Shown piece after piece: positions 9,900-19,992 of a stretch of DNA of 64,000 nucleotides; position 1 is the first letter of the stretch, and each line of letters opens with the position of its first letter. Source of the DNA: an uncultured virus (IMG/VR IMGVR_UViG_3300034812_000685) (Duplodnaviria; Heunggongvirae; Uroviricota; Caudoviricetes); the IMG/VR virus record IMGVR_UViG_3300034812_000685; one strand, written 5' to 3'. The position numbers and the translations under genes are program-made. The notes under the pieces were generated by a model that saw only the letters and a list, made by a program, of their open reading frames with translations, was not told the origin of the DNA and made no database searches.

Positions 9900-10625
9900 A
9901 TGGCTATTACTGGACAGGTCTCTGTAGCGGAGATTACAAAGCAAATAACTGACCGTTTTGTTGATCAATATTGTGAGTGCTTGCTAGTTAATTACAATGG
10001 CAACTATGACCCTGGGTCCACTGTTGACTCAACATTTCTTGCGTCTGAGGTTACCACTGGTACAGGTGGTTACGAGCGTCAGACGATTAAATTCGTAGCC
10101 AATGATGTCAGTGCTTACGCTAGTGAGAACGTTGGACTGCAGACAAAAGTCGTAATTTTTGAGCACGATGGCGGGTCAACCCCATTTACATTTACTCATG
10201 CTGTTTTGGTGTGGGGCACAGGAAACGTTAAGACCCTAGATGCTGCAACGCAAGATCCTGCTACGGGTACAGATGGTACTTATACGGATCTAATTACCAG
10301 TACTGACGGCTCAGGTAGTGGCGCTACGCTCGACCTGGTGGTGGCTAGTAATGTTTATACCTTTACTGTCAGCAATGCAGGCACAGGCTACGCTGCTACC
10401 GACAACCTAACGGTTTCAACCGCAACGATGATTGCAGCAGGTGCTTTGCCAAGCGGATCAACAGAACCATCAGCAATTTTACCTATTGGCACAGTTCACA
10501 CCAACACTGAGGGCGGAAATATTATCGGTGTTGTTAAGACTGACGCTGCGGTTACTGTAGACGGGGGCAATCAAGTTTCTTTCTACTGGGATATCAAACT
10601 CTTTGGACTAGACGGAACTATTTAA
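9900..10625 (+). CDS. virion structural tail protein
   Basis: EVTTGTGGYERQTI and SGSGATLDLVV...TVSNAGTGY motifs seen in phage tail/baseplate proteins. Confidence 0.6.
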   Translation: MAITGQVSVAEITKQITDRFVDQYCECLLVNYNGNYDPGSTVDSTFLASEVTTGTGGYERQTIKFVANDVSAYASENVGLQTKVVIFEHDGGSTPFTFTHAVLVWGTGNVKTLDAATQDPATGTDGTYTDLITSTDGSGSGATLDLVVASNVYTFTVSNAGTGYAATDNLTVSTATMIAAGALPSGSTEPSAILPIGTVHTNTEGGNIIGVVKTDAAVTVDGGNQVSFYWDIKLFGLDGTI

Positions 10626-10626
10626 A

Positions 10627-10884
10627 ATGGCTTCTAATCTAAGTGCCGTTCAAGCCGCCAACAGGATGATTGAGCTTGAAAGACGGGAAAGCCCTGAACC
10701 AATTCAAGGTACTATTACTGGCACAGTGGCGGCCAGTTGGATAAAGCTAGGAGAAGACGGAGCAGGCAGAGTTGAGTACAAAGATCGCGAATATATTGTA
10801 AGCACAGTTGGTTTTACTTCTTTACCAAAAGGAACAAAAGTACAAATGACCTATGGAGGGGGCGTTTATTACGCGATTTACTGA
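10627..10884 (+). CDS. small tail-module protein
   Basis: Tightly coupled ORF within the tail operon. Confidence 0.6.
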   Translation: MASNLSAVQAANRMIELERRESPEPIQGTITGTVAASWIKLGEDGAGRVEYKDREYIVSTVGFTSLPKGTKVQMTYGGGVYYAIY

Positions 10885-11096
10885 TGGCAATCAATCCACC
10901 CGGTTTCCAAGCAACACGGATTCAAGACGCTGAAAGCGTTTGTGTAAGGATGTTGGATCAAAGGCCGAGAACACTTACTGCTTTAGACCAAGCCGTAGAC
11001 CCAAATGAAATTGTAGGTTTTTATAATGCTGCCAACGGCTACGTAGAGCTATATGTATCAAGTGGTGATGGAACATTCTACTTTAAGTTGTCGTAA
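10884..11096 (+). CDS. small tail-module protein
   Basis: TGATG stop/start overlap with the upstream gene. Confidence 0.6.
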   Translation: MAINPPGFQATRIQDAESVCVRMLDQRPRTLTALDQAVDPNEIVGFYNAANGYVELYVSSGDGTFYFKLS

Positions 11097-11602
11097 TGCC
11101 TGCATGTATTGACTGCCATTTGTTTGACGGTGGTGATTTCACTACTGGAATTGCTAGCAGTGAAGCTTGTACTATTCAAATAATTTTTGATGGCGGAAAT
11201 TTTACTACAGGCGCAACGACTGATGTATTTCATTCTAACACTTGCGTTATAGATGGCAATGTTCTTGTCGGAGATAAGGGGTATGCATCACTTAATCATG
11301 TGGTGATTGTTGGGGTCAAAACTATTGAAAAGAAACTTGTACCTGTATACACAAGGCAAATTGATTCCGATCCAAGACAACCTGTCACTATAGAAAAGGA
11401 TGGTTTTATTATTAGCACTAATTTAGATCCTAAGCAACCGGGTGAGTTCATTGTTGTGAAACCTCCTGATCCTCAACTTGACGGAAGCATATTTGTATCC
11501 GCTTACGATGAATCAGGAATTCTTGCGTGGAGGCCCGTATCAATTGGTAGAACTATGAGAGATTACAGGGCCGTTAATCCAAGTAACCAAGTTACATATT
11601 AA
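11096..11602 (+). CDS. tail-module protein with N-terminal CxxC and a duplicated FDGG(D/N)FTTG motif
   Basis: TAATG coupling to the upstream gene; repeat visible in the translation. Confidence 0.6.
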   Translation: MPACIDCHLFDGGDFTTGIASSEACTIQIIFDGGNFTTGATTDVFHSNTCVIDGNVLVGDKGYASLNHVVIVGVKTIEKKLVPVYTRQIDSDPRQPVTIEKDGFIISTNLDPKQPGEFIVVKPPDPQLDGSIFVSAYDESGILAWRPVSIGRTMRDYRAVNPSNQVTY

Positions 11603-11631
11603 AGGCAAACTAACACGAACTTATAAAAGCC

Positions 11632-13161
11632 ATGCCCTGGTATAACAGTAGAGAACTTTTTAATAAGGCTGGCCTTACATTTCCATATAGACCCGGCAAT
11701 TCTAGATCTGCGTACAGGGCTGCTTCTCCAAGAGAGACAGAGAGTAGAGAAGAATTTAATTCGCCATCGCCAGTAAAATATTATAGGCCTGGATCACCCG
11801 AAAACCTTACGCGACTGGGATATAGGCCGGGTGCTAATCCAAAAGATTTGATTTTTGATAATACCAATACCACATGTGTTTCTGATTTAAATTGCGCTAC
11901 TGGATTTACCTGCATAGGAGGTAGGTGTCAGCAAGATCAAGGTGAAGCAAAGGCAGGTACTGGTAGTGGAGCTGATTGCGAAGATCCTGAACCAGATTTG
12001 CAAGATTGTCCTTGCGATGAAAGTACTTGCGGACCAAGAAAATGCTGCAATGGACCTATTTACACAAGGACCGTACCAAGACCCGGAGGCGGTTTAATTA
12101 CAATACAGCAGTGTGAGCCGTTTGAAGAACCCGACAATTGCAATAGTTTTTGCACTAATCATTACCAAACGTTTGGCACGCTTGCAAGTGGCTGCACCAT
12201 GAATCAAGTGTGTTATGCCGGGCGATGTGTGGATGGCGTATGTCAGCCAGATGAGGACAAGTGCAATATGGGAGGCAAGTGCGGTGATTGCGAAGTTTGC
12301 GACAATGATGGCAATTGCGTTTTTACCTGCGATGGTTGCAAAATAAATTGCACTAGGAGTAATTTTAAATGTCCTTGTGGCAATGTCTATGTATCAGGCG
12401 GTGCTAGTATAGCTTACTGTCAATCCGGATACGGCAGTCCAACTTGCCAACAAAAACTGCATAGAATGCTTATAAATAAGTGCGAAGCAATTGCGCCTTG
12501 TTCCCGGCCTCAGGGACAAAACTCTTGTACCACACAACAATATGGCAATACTACTTTAAGTTGTGAATGTGTAAGCTCACAGACAACTTGTCCGCAGAGT
12601 GGTGATTATGGAGGGGGTTACTGTTCAGGCTTTAGTCAGGCTGGTAAACGTTGTTACGACAGAGGGATTATATGGGTACCTGATCCAGATGCAAGATCAC
12701 AATGCTTGCCAGGCACAAAAGTTACTAAATTTGCGAAGCTTTGTAATATAAAAGAGGATGAGGATGGATGCAATGGTCCTCCTGGGTGTCCAAGTGGTCA
12801 AAAATGCAACCAACAAACCGGCTCTTGTGAAACTGATGAAGAAAAAGAGGTATGCGAAAGTGGTAACGTATGTCAAGGTAATTGCTGTGCGCAAGGAGGC
12901 GGATGTGTTGCGTATAGAAAATTTAAGATAGCTGATAATTGTCACGGACAAGGAGGAACTTTCTTTGGGCCTGCAGGCGGACCTACTTTAATAGAGGTTG
13001 CATTTGTACCCGCAGCATATTCAGTTTGCGGTAGGAGTCATACGCATTGCATGGTAATGGTAAATTGCCAACAGGTAGCAAGTCATCTTGAATGTAATAA
13101 TGGTTTAGTCGACATGGGTCCAGCTGGATTTAGTGGATGCCCCTCACCCTCTTCATGCTGA
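11632..13161 (+). CDS. cysteine-rich tail-associated protein
   Basis: About 55 Cys in 509 aa (hand count) with EGF/Dickkopf-like spacing such as CVSDLNCATGFTCIGGRC; no signal peptide; has its own promoter motif. Confidence 0.75.
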   Translation: MPWYNSRELFNKAGLTFPYRPGNSRSAYRAASPRETESREEFNSPSPVKYYRPGSPENLTRLGYRPGANPKDLIFDNTNTTCVSDLNCATGFTCIGGRCQQDQGEAKAGTGSGADCEDPEPDLQDCPCDESTCGPRKCCNGPIYTRTVPRPGGGLITIQQCEPFEEPDNCNSFCTNHYQTFGTLASGCTMNQVCYAGRCVDGVCQPDEDKCNMGGKCGDCEVCDNDGNCVFTCDGCKINCTRSNFKCPCGNVYVSGGASIAYCQSGYGSPTCQQKLHRMLINKCEAIAPCSRPQGQNSCTTQQYGNTTLSCECVSSQTTCPQSGDYGGGYCSGFSQAGKRCYDRGIIWVPDPDARSQCLPGTKVTKFAKLCNIKEDEDGCNGPPGCPSGQKCNQQTGSCETDEEKEVCESGNVCQGNCCAQGGGCVAYRKFKIADNCHGQGGTFFGPAGGPTLIEVAFVPAAYSVCGRSHTHCMVMVNCQQVASHLECNNGLVDMGPAGFSGCPSPSSC

Positions 13162-13198
13162 TAAGACAATGGAAAACTAGCCTAGCTTTGATCGTTAA

Positions 13199-16100
13199 AT
13201 GGCTGTTTTTCCAGATAAACTTATCCTAAAAAACACCACTGATTCAGTTTCGCAGATCAAACAGGTTATAAATCCTACAGACGGTAGCAACCCTATCGTT
13301 CCTGGTGAACTTGTAGTTAGACATAAACGTGGCGGGGTAGACCTCTATTCAATTGATGCAAATAACACTGTCGTCAGAGTTGGAACAGACCAGTTAATAC
13401 CAGCTGTATCGCCTAATATTCTCCTTAACTTTGAAAATACAGTTGATGATACTCCTTATTCACCAGCATTCACCACCACTTTTCCTGATACTACAGTTTA
13501 TAAGTTCGGAACCAAAGCCGCTACGTTTGAAAATGAGTTAAATTATCCTTACAAGGATGTCATAGAAATAGCAGCTAGCAACCTCGAGAATCTTAGTGTA
13601 CTTCCATGGACATTACAGTTTTGGATAAAGGGTAATCTTTCTGACTGGTATAACTACAATGATGGACTAGGTTCCGGCTTTCTTGGGATTATTGGAAGTA
13701 AATATTACGTACGTGGGCCGGGTGCTTGGCAGGTTTATTTGGATGCAGGGACATCTGATCAGCCAAATGCTGGAGGGACTTCAACTAGTGAAACCAGCGG
13801 GCAAGCAAGAGGATCTGTTGTTTTAGGCATCGGTCCAGGAGGCAACCAGACACATGATTTCTTGCCGTCTACCGGTGAGATTGTTTCTACAAGAGCCACT
13901 TCTGTTCTTGATGGTAATTGGCATCATGTTGTAATTCAACACGAGGGTGAAGGTGTATATTCTGCTTTTGTAGATGGGATATTGAAGCAGCGAAAGTTTC
14001 ATAATGAAGCTATTGATTTTGGGGATCCTGGAGATACAGGTTTTGCTTTACCTCAGCCGATAAGGATTGCAGGTAATACATCCGGACAGGATGGAGTGAC
14101 TGGTACTATTGCTGGTCTTAATGGCACTCTTGATGCTATTAGCCTTCATGTTGGGGCAGCTATATATAAGGGTTTGTATTCGTATACAGTCCCAACTGCC
14201 GCTCCAACTGATGATCCTATTACGGCGAGAAGCACAGATGAACTTAGGCGCTTGTATGATACTGATTTTGGCGATTATGCAAGTCTGGCAAATAATTCAA
14301 TAATTCAGTGGAATTCTACAGCTCAGGCATGGCAAACAGGTGTGCTACCTTCCCCTAATCTTAGCGGAAGCAGTATTGGAGATGTCTCGGATGTTGAACT
14401 CGAGGTGTATGCCAATATTGGCGAGGGAGAAACACTCAATTGGAGTATAACTGATCAGAAATTCAAAAACCAACCATTTACTATCGACAATCTTGGTAAT
14501 GTAAATATTACAAGCCTAGCAAATAATCAGTTTCTTAAATACAACAATACCAGTACTAATTGGGAGAATCATACTTTAGAATATGTTGACATAGCAGGTC
14601 GTCCTACCAGCCTTAGTGACTTAAGTGTTGATATTAATGTTGGCGACTTAGCGAATGTTGACATTTCATCGCCAATAGACAATCAAGTTCTAGTCTATAA
14701 TGCTGCAACAACAAGGTGGGAGAATGATTTTGGACCGGCGGCTAATATAAGCGCGAACAGTGTTTATGATCTATCTGATGTGCATGGCAATTCTGGAAGC
14801 ACAATTGACGATCAAGTTTTAATCTGGAACAACACGAACAACCGGTTTGAGCCTGGTTATGTTGATTATAGCGATGTTACCGGTCGTGTTGTCGATAATA
14901 TTCAAATAGCTAATGGCAGAAACTACATAACAAATATTCAAAGTGAAGATCTGGGTGATCTTTCTGATGTAACCCTAAGTTCGGTAAGCAATGGCGATAC
15001 CCTCGTTTATCAAAATGGCGCTTGGCGCAATCTACCGGCTGCTGCAGCAGATATTTCGGGCAATGTAATTGATGACTTGTCTGACGTAACTAATACTGCC
15101 AGCGGCGACGAGAAAATTCTTACGATTGAAGACGTCACTGAATTTCGTCTTGACCCTTCGTCTGCTTATATGCCTGGCGGATTTGAAAGGTGTTTGATTG
15201 CGGATCCTGAATTTGGTCTTGGGATCAAGAATTTTAGATCAAGTGATGATACTGGTACGGCTATTTATGTTGAACGCGGTCGTGGTGTCACTGTCCGTAG
15301 CGACATGGGTCGACTGCATATCCAAGGAAGGCTGGGAGCACAGTACACAAATAATACGCCAGAAATAAGAATTGATAGCGGCGATTCGGGTGCAGATACA
15401 CCTACAGGTTATTACGTTGGTTTTACTATACCCTCGAACCTTACCGAAAGCACTGATTATGTGTTGCCGAACGAAGATGGAGATGTAGGAGATGTCCTTG
15501 CTACAAATGGAAACGGTGCATTAACATGGGTAGCCCAGGTTTCTTCTGGCAGCATTAATGATCTATCAAATGTAGATATATCTTCTACGCCACCTACTGA
15601 TGGCACTTTCCTTCGTTATAACAGTCTGGCAGCTTCCTACCTGGTCCATACACTCAGCCTGGGTGACGCGAGTAACGTTGACCTGACAACAACAACTCCT
15701 ACAGATGGCCAAGCCCTGGTCTATGTAGCCGCTGACAACGAATGGGTGGCAGGAGATGTCGCGCAGGATTTGAGTACTGCAAGTATTGATGAATTACAGG
15801 ATGTTGACACAACAACAACTGTACCAACTAACGGTCAAGTACTCAAATGGAGTGGGTCTACATGGGTGCCAGGGGATGTCGTGGCCGATCTTAGTACATT
15901 TAGTATTGATGATTTATCAGATGTAAACACTACAACCATCGCTCCTTCTGATGGGCAAACGTTGCTCTGGTCTGCTGCAAACTCTGAATTTAGGCCAGGT
16001 AATGCAATTCTGCCAGGCACTGTAACTGTAACAAAGACCGAGAATTCAATAGCCTCCAATAGTACTAGTCAATTTGATAAGGCTGTAGTTAATGGAGCTG

Positions 16101-16372
16101 GCTTAATCCATAGTGCAAGCAGTGACGTAGCAGGTTGGTTGCGGATTTACGAATCATCTGCGGCGAGGACTGCGGACGCAGGCAGGCTTAGGACTGTTGA
16201 TCCTGAAGTAGCTGATGGAGTAATTCTTGAAATTATCTTTACAGGAAATGAAACCTATACTTTTACACCGAAGGCTTCTTACTACACAAATACTCTTTAC
16301 TACGCATTTACAAATGATTCAAATACAACAGCAAATGTGACTATTAACTTGGTGACGGTTGGGCTTGCTTAA
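13199..16372 (+). CDS. tail fibre with LamG/concanavalin A-like domain and shaft repeats
   Basis: WTLQFWIK...DGNWHHVVI...FVDG LamG motif; many DLSDV...GQxLxW repeats. Confidence 0.85.
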   Translation: MAVFPDKLILKNTTDSVSQIKQVINPTDGSNPIVPGELVVRHKRGGVDLYSIDANNTVVRVGTDQLIPAVSPNILLNFENTVDDTPYSPAFTTTFPDTTVYKFGTKAATFENELNYPYKDVIEIAASNLENLSVLPWTLQFWIKGNLSDWYNYNDGLGSGFLGIIGSKYYVRGPGAWQVYLDAGTSDQPNAGGTSTSETSGQARGSVVLGIGPGGNQTHDFLPSTGEIVSTRATSVLDGNWHHVVIQHEGEGVYSAFVDGILKQRKFHNEAIDFGDPGDTGFALPQPIRIAGNTSGQDGVTGTIAGLNGTLDAISLHVGAAIYKGLYSYTVPTAAPTDDPITARSTDELRRLYDTDFGDYASLANNSIIQWNSTAQAWQTGVLPSPNLSGSSIGDVSDVELEVYANIGEGETLNWSITDQKFKNQPFTIDNLGNVNITSLANNQFLKYNNTSTNWENHTLEYVDIAGRPTSLSDLSVDINVGDLANVDISSPIDNQVLVYNAATTRWENDFGPAANISANSVYDLSDVHGNSGSTIDDQVLIWNNTNNRFEPGYVDYSDVTGRVVDNIQIANGRNYITNIQSEDLGDLSDVTLSSVSNGDTLVYQNGAWRNLPAAAADISGNVIDDLSDVTNTASGDEKILTIEDVTEFRLDPSSAYMPGGFERCLIADPEFGLGIKNFRSSDDTGTAIYVERGRGVTVRSDMGRLHIQGRLGAQYTNNTPEIRIDSGDSGADTPTGYYVGFTIPSNLTESTDYVLPNEDGDVGDVLATNGNGALTWVAQVSSGSINDLSNVDISSTPPTDGTFLRYNSLAASYLVHTLSLGDASNVDLTTTTPTDGQALVYVAADNEWVAGDVAQDLSTASIDELQDVDTTTTVPTNGQVLKWSGSTWVPGDVVADLSTFSIDDLSDVNTTTIAPSDGQTLLWSAANSEFRPGNAILPGTVTVTKTENSIASNSTSQFDKAVVNGAGLIHSASSDVAGWLRIYESSAARTADAGRLRTVDPEVADGVILEIIFTGNETYTFTPKASYYTNTLYYAFTNDSNTTANVTINLVTVGLA

Positions 16373-16415
16373 TTAAATTGCAGTAGGAATAATAGAAAGA
16401 ATTAGGTCTGCATTA

Positions 16416-17258
16416 ATGGCTTGGGCAAAAGCTTATACATCTACTGACAGTGTATCTCTCGCAAGCAGTGCAGACACCATTAGTGTTCTTGATGAGTATT
16501 TTGATACTTGGCTGACCAGCAAGGGATGGTCGACCTCTAAATTTCTCAACTCAGGCGCAAGTACAAAGTTTTACTATGCATCAAAAAATATACAATTGTT
16601 CGGAGGCAGTACAAAAAGATTTGGAATTTGCTTGCAGTATGAATTTAGTGGTTCAACCGAAGTTTTTTATCAATACCATTTTGGTTCAGAAGAAACTCCA
16701 AGTGCTTCGGGTCCCAGTGGGTCAGCATACGAGAGTGATAATGTAAGCACTAATCACACGGGTCAATGGAACTTCTGGACTGACTCGCAAGACAGCGATT
16801 GTTTTGCTATCATTACTGATCAGGGAAAGGTTGTAGCATTTTGGCCACCAGAGGGTAGTTTGGTCGGTACTGCTTATAGCGGAGCCAGGTCTAATAGTCA
16901 GCCATCTCAACCGATTACACCGATGATAGTAAACAACGTATCTGTAGACGAATATTTTGTTGATACATACCAGGGTGGTGGAAAGATTTATACAATAGGT
17001 ACATATACTTCTTTCCCTGATACATTCACAGTGCCAACAGCCTTTTATAATTATGGTTTCGCTGTAGCTGCTACTGGCGGTCTTTATATGTATGATACAA
17101 GCGGCCGTACTGCAACGTATGTAGAAGACTACACCAGTAGCAGTCCACATATAGACGATAATTCTGGTACTTTGCAAGTTGGGACAATTTATTATATTAG
17201 ACTTGGTGGCAACAACTCTATTCTTCTTAATTGCGGCACTACTGATCCTGGTGTTTAA
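16416..17258 (+). CDS. hypothetical tail-associated protein
   Basis: Ser/Thr/Tyr-rich 280-aa ORF after the fibre gene, preceded by the promoter motif. Confidence 0.55.
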   Translation: MAWAKAYTSTDSVSLASSADTISVLDEYFDTWLTSKGWSTSKFLNSGASTKFYYASKNIQLFGGSTKRFGICLQYEFSGSTEVFYQYHFGSEETPSASGPSGSAYESDNVSTNHTGQWNFWTDSQDSDCFAIITDQGKVVAFWPPEGSLVGTAYSGARSNSQPSQPITPMIVNNVSVDEYFVDTYQGGGKIYTIGTYTSFPDTFTVPTAFYNYGFAVAATGGLYMYDTSGRTATYVEDYTSSSPHIDDNSGTLQVGTIYYIRLGGNNSILLNCGTTDPGV

Positions 17259-17260
17259 TT

Positions 17261-17446
17261 ATGGCGTTAACTGTTTTTCCTGGAAGCGGTATCCAGCCTT
17301 CACCGGCAAACCCTAGTTTTCAGTTGCATGTTCTAACTACTGTTGGGACTGAAGACGTAAGTTTTGCTTTCTTTGGTACACCTAATATCGGCGGCACTCA
17401 GGGCAGACCTTCATCAGGAATTGTATGGCCTCGGCGTTTAGGATAA
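17261..17446 (+). CDS. small virion-associated protein
   Basis: 61-aa ORF coupled to the upstream gene. Confidence 0.55.
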   Translation: MALTVFPGSGIQPSPANPSFQLHVLTTVGTEDVSFAFFGTPNIGGTQGRPSSGIVWPRRLG

Positions 17447-17475
17447 AGGTATACTACGTCAACTAAAAATAGGCA

Positions 17476-17853
17476 ATGAATATTGGCAGGGAATTAATGA
17501 CCGATGGTGTTATGCCTGCTGGTCCTGTTTGTGGTTGGCCTAAAGAAAGGCATGACAGGCTCTTCTTGATGGCTGGATCTGACTTGAAAGACGAAAAGCC
17601 AAAAAAAGATAAGCATGTAAAAGCAGGTCTAGGATCGATGGCAAAAGGTGTGATCAAAAGCACCTATCAAGCGGTTGCAAACGGAAAGGTCTCCAAAGAG
17701 ATCAGGGAAGAAAGATATGCTATTTGCCAACAATGTCCACATTTTATTGAGGACTCTAAAAGGTGTTCGCAGTGCGGATGTTTTATGGAGGCAAAAACGT
17801 GGATTGGTGGTGATCCAGATCAATTGTGTCCAAAAGCAAAATGGCCAAGATAA
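17476..17853 (+). CDS. Cys-motif protein (DUF6171-like)
   Basis: ERYAICQQCPHF...RCSQCGCFM..KT...CPKAKW pattern. Confidence 0.7.
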   Translation: MNIGRELMTDGVMPAGPVCGWPKERHDRLFLMAGSDLKDEKPKKDKHVKAGLGSMAKGVIKSTYQAVANGKVSKEIREERYAICQQCPHFIEDSKRCSQCGCFMEAKTWIGGDPDQLCPKAKWPR

Positions 17854-17903
17854 AGTAGGAATACTATGTGGAATTTTTCCCAAGGGTGATCCTTGGCAAT
17901 CAC

Positions 17904-18629
17904 ATGGCTGAAGAGACTAAAGTTTCCGAGACGGAATCGCAATCTCAACAAGATTTCACGACCACAGAATCTGCTGAACCCGATCAGAACAACGAAGGCC
18001 TTTACCGGGCACTAAAAGCTGAACGAGAAGCCCGTAAAAATTACGAACGACAAGTTAAAGAACAAGCTGCAATGCTTGCTCGGTTTGAAGAAACCAATCC
18101 TGATGAGGTTAAATCACTCCGCGAAGAAGCGGCCAAAGCAGCACAGCTGCAGGCACAATTTGGCGAGGCTCGTGAAGCTATTGAATTGAAGTATTCAAAA
18201 GAAGCTGAAGCCGCTCGTGAAAGTGAGGCACTTGCAAAAGCAAACCTTGCTGAATTCCGTAAAAAATATGCACTTGAAAAGGTGTTTCTTGCTGCTGGAG
18301 GTAAGACGGATTCTGCAGACGGAATTAGCTTTTTTGATATGCTAAGCAATCAGATTTCTGGATCATTCCGACAGGAAGAAGACGGCAGTCTTACGGTAGT
18401 CGATGCAGCTGGCGATCCTATTTTGGACAAAGAGTCCGGCAAACGTATTGATCCGCTGGACTTTGTGTCTAGCTATAAAATTCATCCAGTGTACGGAACT
18501 TTCTTCAAAGGAGCTAAAGGTACTGGCGCTGGTATCGGGTACGGAGGCACAGACGCTAACGGCATGCCTGTTGAAGACATGACTAACTTGTCTAGGGATG
18601 AAATGTTCCGACGTGCATTTGGTACCTGA
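17904..18629 (+). CDS. capsid scaffolding protein
   Basis: Acidic coiled coil (ALKAEREARK) with C-terminal FFKGAKGTGAG, directly upstream of the capsid gene; ATG at 17904 preferred over the track start at 17868. Confidence 0.8.
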   Translation: MAEETKVSETESQSQQDFTTTESAEPDQNNEGLYRALKAEREARKNYERQVKEQAAMLARFEETNPDEVKSLREEAAKAAQLQAQFGEAREAIELKYSKEAEAARESEALAKANLAEFRKKYALEKVFLAAGGKTDSADGISFFDMLSNQISGSFRQEEDGSLTVVDAAGDPILDKESGKRIDPLDFVSSYKIHPVYGTFFKGAKGTGAGIGYGGTDANGMPVEDMTNLSRDEMFRRAFGT

Positions 18630-18810
18630 TTTCGGTAATCTTCTAATTAGAGGTAAAAGTTACTACCAAATATATAGGTATCATAACAGTAGATCACCCC
18701 AAGGGCTTCTCTGAGACGGAGTCGACTGGACGGGTGTCGAGCTGTTATCTGCGCGATGCTTTTAATCAGCAACCTCACCCAATCTTTTCTCTCCTCTCTA
18801 GGTATTAAAA

Positions 18811-19701
18811 ATGGCCCTTACTCTGCTTGAAGCGCAGAAGCATGCAACCACCCCGGCTGAGCTTGCAGTTGTAACTGAACTCGCCGCTGGTCCTCTGCTG
18901 TCTGTGCTTCCTTTCCGCAATATTGAAGGCAACGGTCTGTTCTGGAAGCGTGAAGAGTCCCTGCCCGATGTCGGCTTCCGTAACTACAACGGTGCCCTCG
19001 CCGAGTCCTACGCTGAAGTCAGCCAACAGTCCGAGAGCCTGAAGCTCTTCGGCGGCGACATCAAGGTTGACCGCGCTATCGTGGACCTCGAAGGCGCTGA
19101 AGCCAAGGCTTATCAGATCCAAGCTCGTGTTCGCGCAATGCGTCTGGCATGGGAAAGCCTGTTCATCACCGGCGATTCTGATCAGTCTCCTTCTGAATTC
19201 GACGGCCTGCAGGCTCGTATCGGTTCTGGCTCTTCTCAGTACATTGCTAACGGCTCTGGTGCTCTGAACCTGGACAAACTGGACGAAGCTATCGATGCAG
19301 TTGATGCCCAGGGCGGCACTAAGTACCTGGTCATGTCGAAGTCTGCTCGTCGTCACCTGAGCAAGCACGCTCGCGCTAACGGTCAGATCGAGATCACCCG
19401 TAACGACTTCGGTTACCAGCAGCTCGTCTATGGCGGCGTGCCGGTGCTCGAAGTTGATCGCGACCACAAGAACGTTGCTATCCTCGACGGCACCCCTTCC
19501 GACCAGGACATCTACTGCGTGTCCTTCGGTAACGACCTCCTGACTGGCATCCAGAACGGTGGCGTGAACGTGCGTGAACTGGGCGAGTCCCACGACCAGC
19601 CCCAGCTGATCACCCGCGTTGAGTGGTACTGCGGACTGGCCCTGATCAACGGCCGCGCTGCTGCCCGTCTGGCTGGTGTTGACGCAACTGCTTCCGTCTG
19701 A
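18811..19701 (+). CDS. major capsid protein (HK97 fold)
   Basis: LLSVLPF...REESLP...FRNYN, GGDIKVD, EFDGL and TRVEWYCGLA motifs; strongly biased codon usage; followed by a terminator. Confidence 0.9.
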   Translation: MALTLLEAQKHATTPAELAVVTELAAGPLLSVLPFRNIEGNGLFWKREESLPDVGFRNYNGALAESYAEVSQQSESLKLFGGDIKVDRAIVDLEGAEAKAYQIQARVRAMRLAWESLFITGDSDQSPSEFDGLQARIGSGSSQYIANGSGALNLDKLDEAIDAVDAQGGTKYLVMSKSARRHLSKHARANGQIEITRNDFGYQQLVYGGVPVLEVDRDHKNVAILDGTPSDQDIYCVSFGNDLLTGIQNGGVNVRELGESHDQPQLITRVEWYCGLALINGRAAARLAGVDATASV

Positions 19702-19726
19702 TACTGATAACCAACTGAATAGGATT

Positions 19727-19750
19727 AAGGGACCTTCGGGTCCCTTTTTT
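19727..19750 (+). terminator. intrinsic terminator
   Basis: AAGGGACC-TTCG-GGTCCCTT followed by a T run. Confidence 0.9.
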
Positions 19751-19804
19751 AATGCTTTGACATAGGTAGCCTAGTGCAACAAAATTACGCCGCAGGAGGG
19801 CGTT

Positions 19805-19987
19805 ATGGCTACTACTCTTTCTACTCGAGGTCTAAACCTCCCCGCTCACGATACTGTTGAGCCCGCTGGCCATAACGCTGATGGTAATCCTGCGACCATC
19901 ACATACAAGCTTGACGGTTCTACTGTTGCTACCCTGACGTTTACTTATGACGCCAGTGGTAACTGCACTTCCATCGCACGGAGCTAA
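19805..19987 (+). CDS. small virion protein
   Basis: ITYK..G.TVATLTFTYD..GN motif common in small phage structural proteins. Confidence 0.6.
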   Translation: MATTLSTRGLNLPAHDTVEPAGHNADGNPATITYKLDGSTVATLTFTYDASGNCTSIARS

Positions 19988-19992
19988 GGATA

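Noticed and set aside
18805..19593. 262-aa antisense ORF over the capsid gene
   Set aside because: Shadow ORF explained by the strong codon bias of the capsid gene; the same applies to most short antisense ORFs in the track
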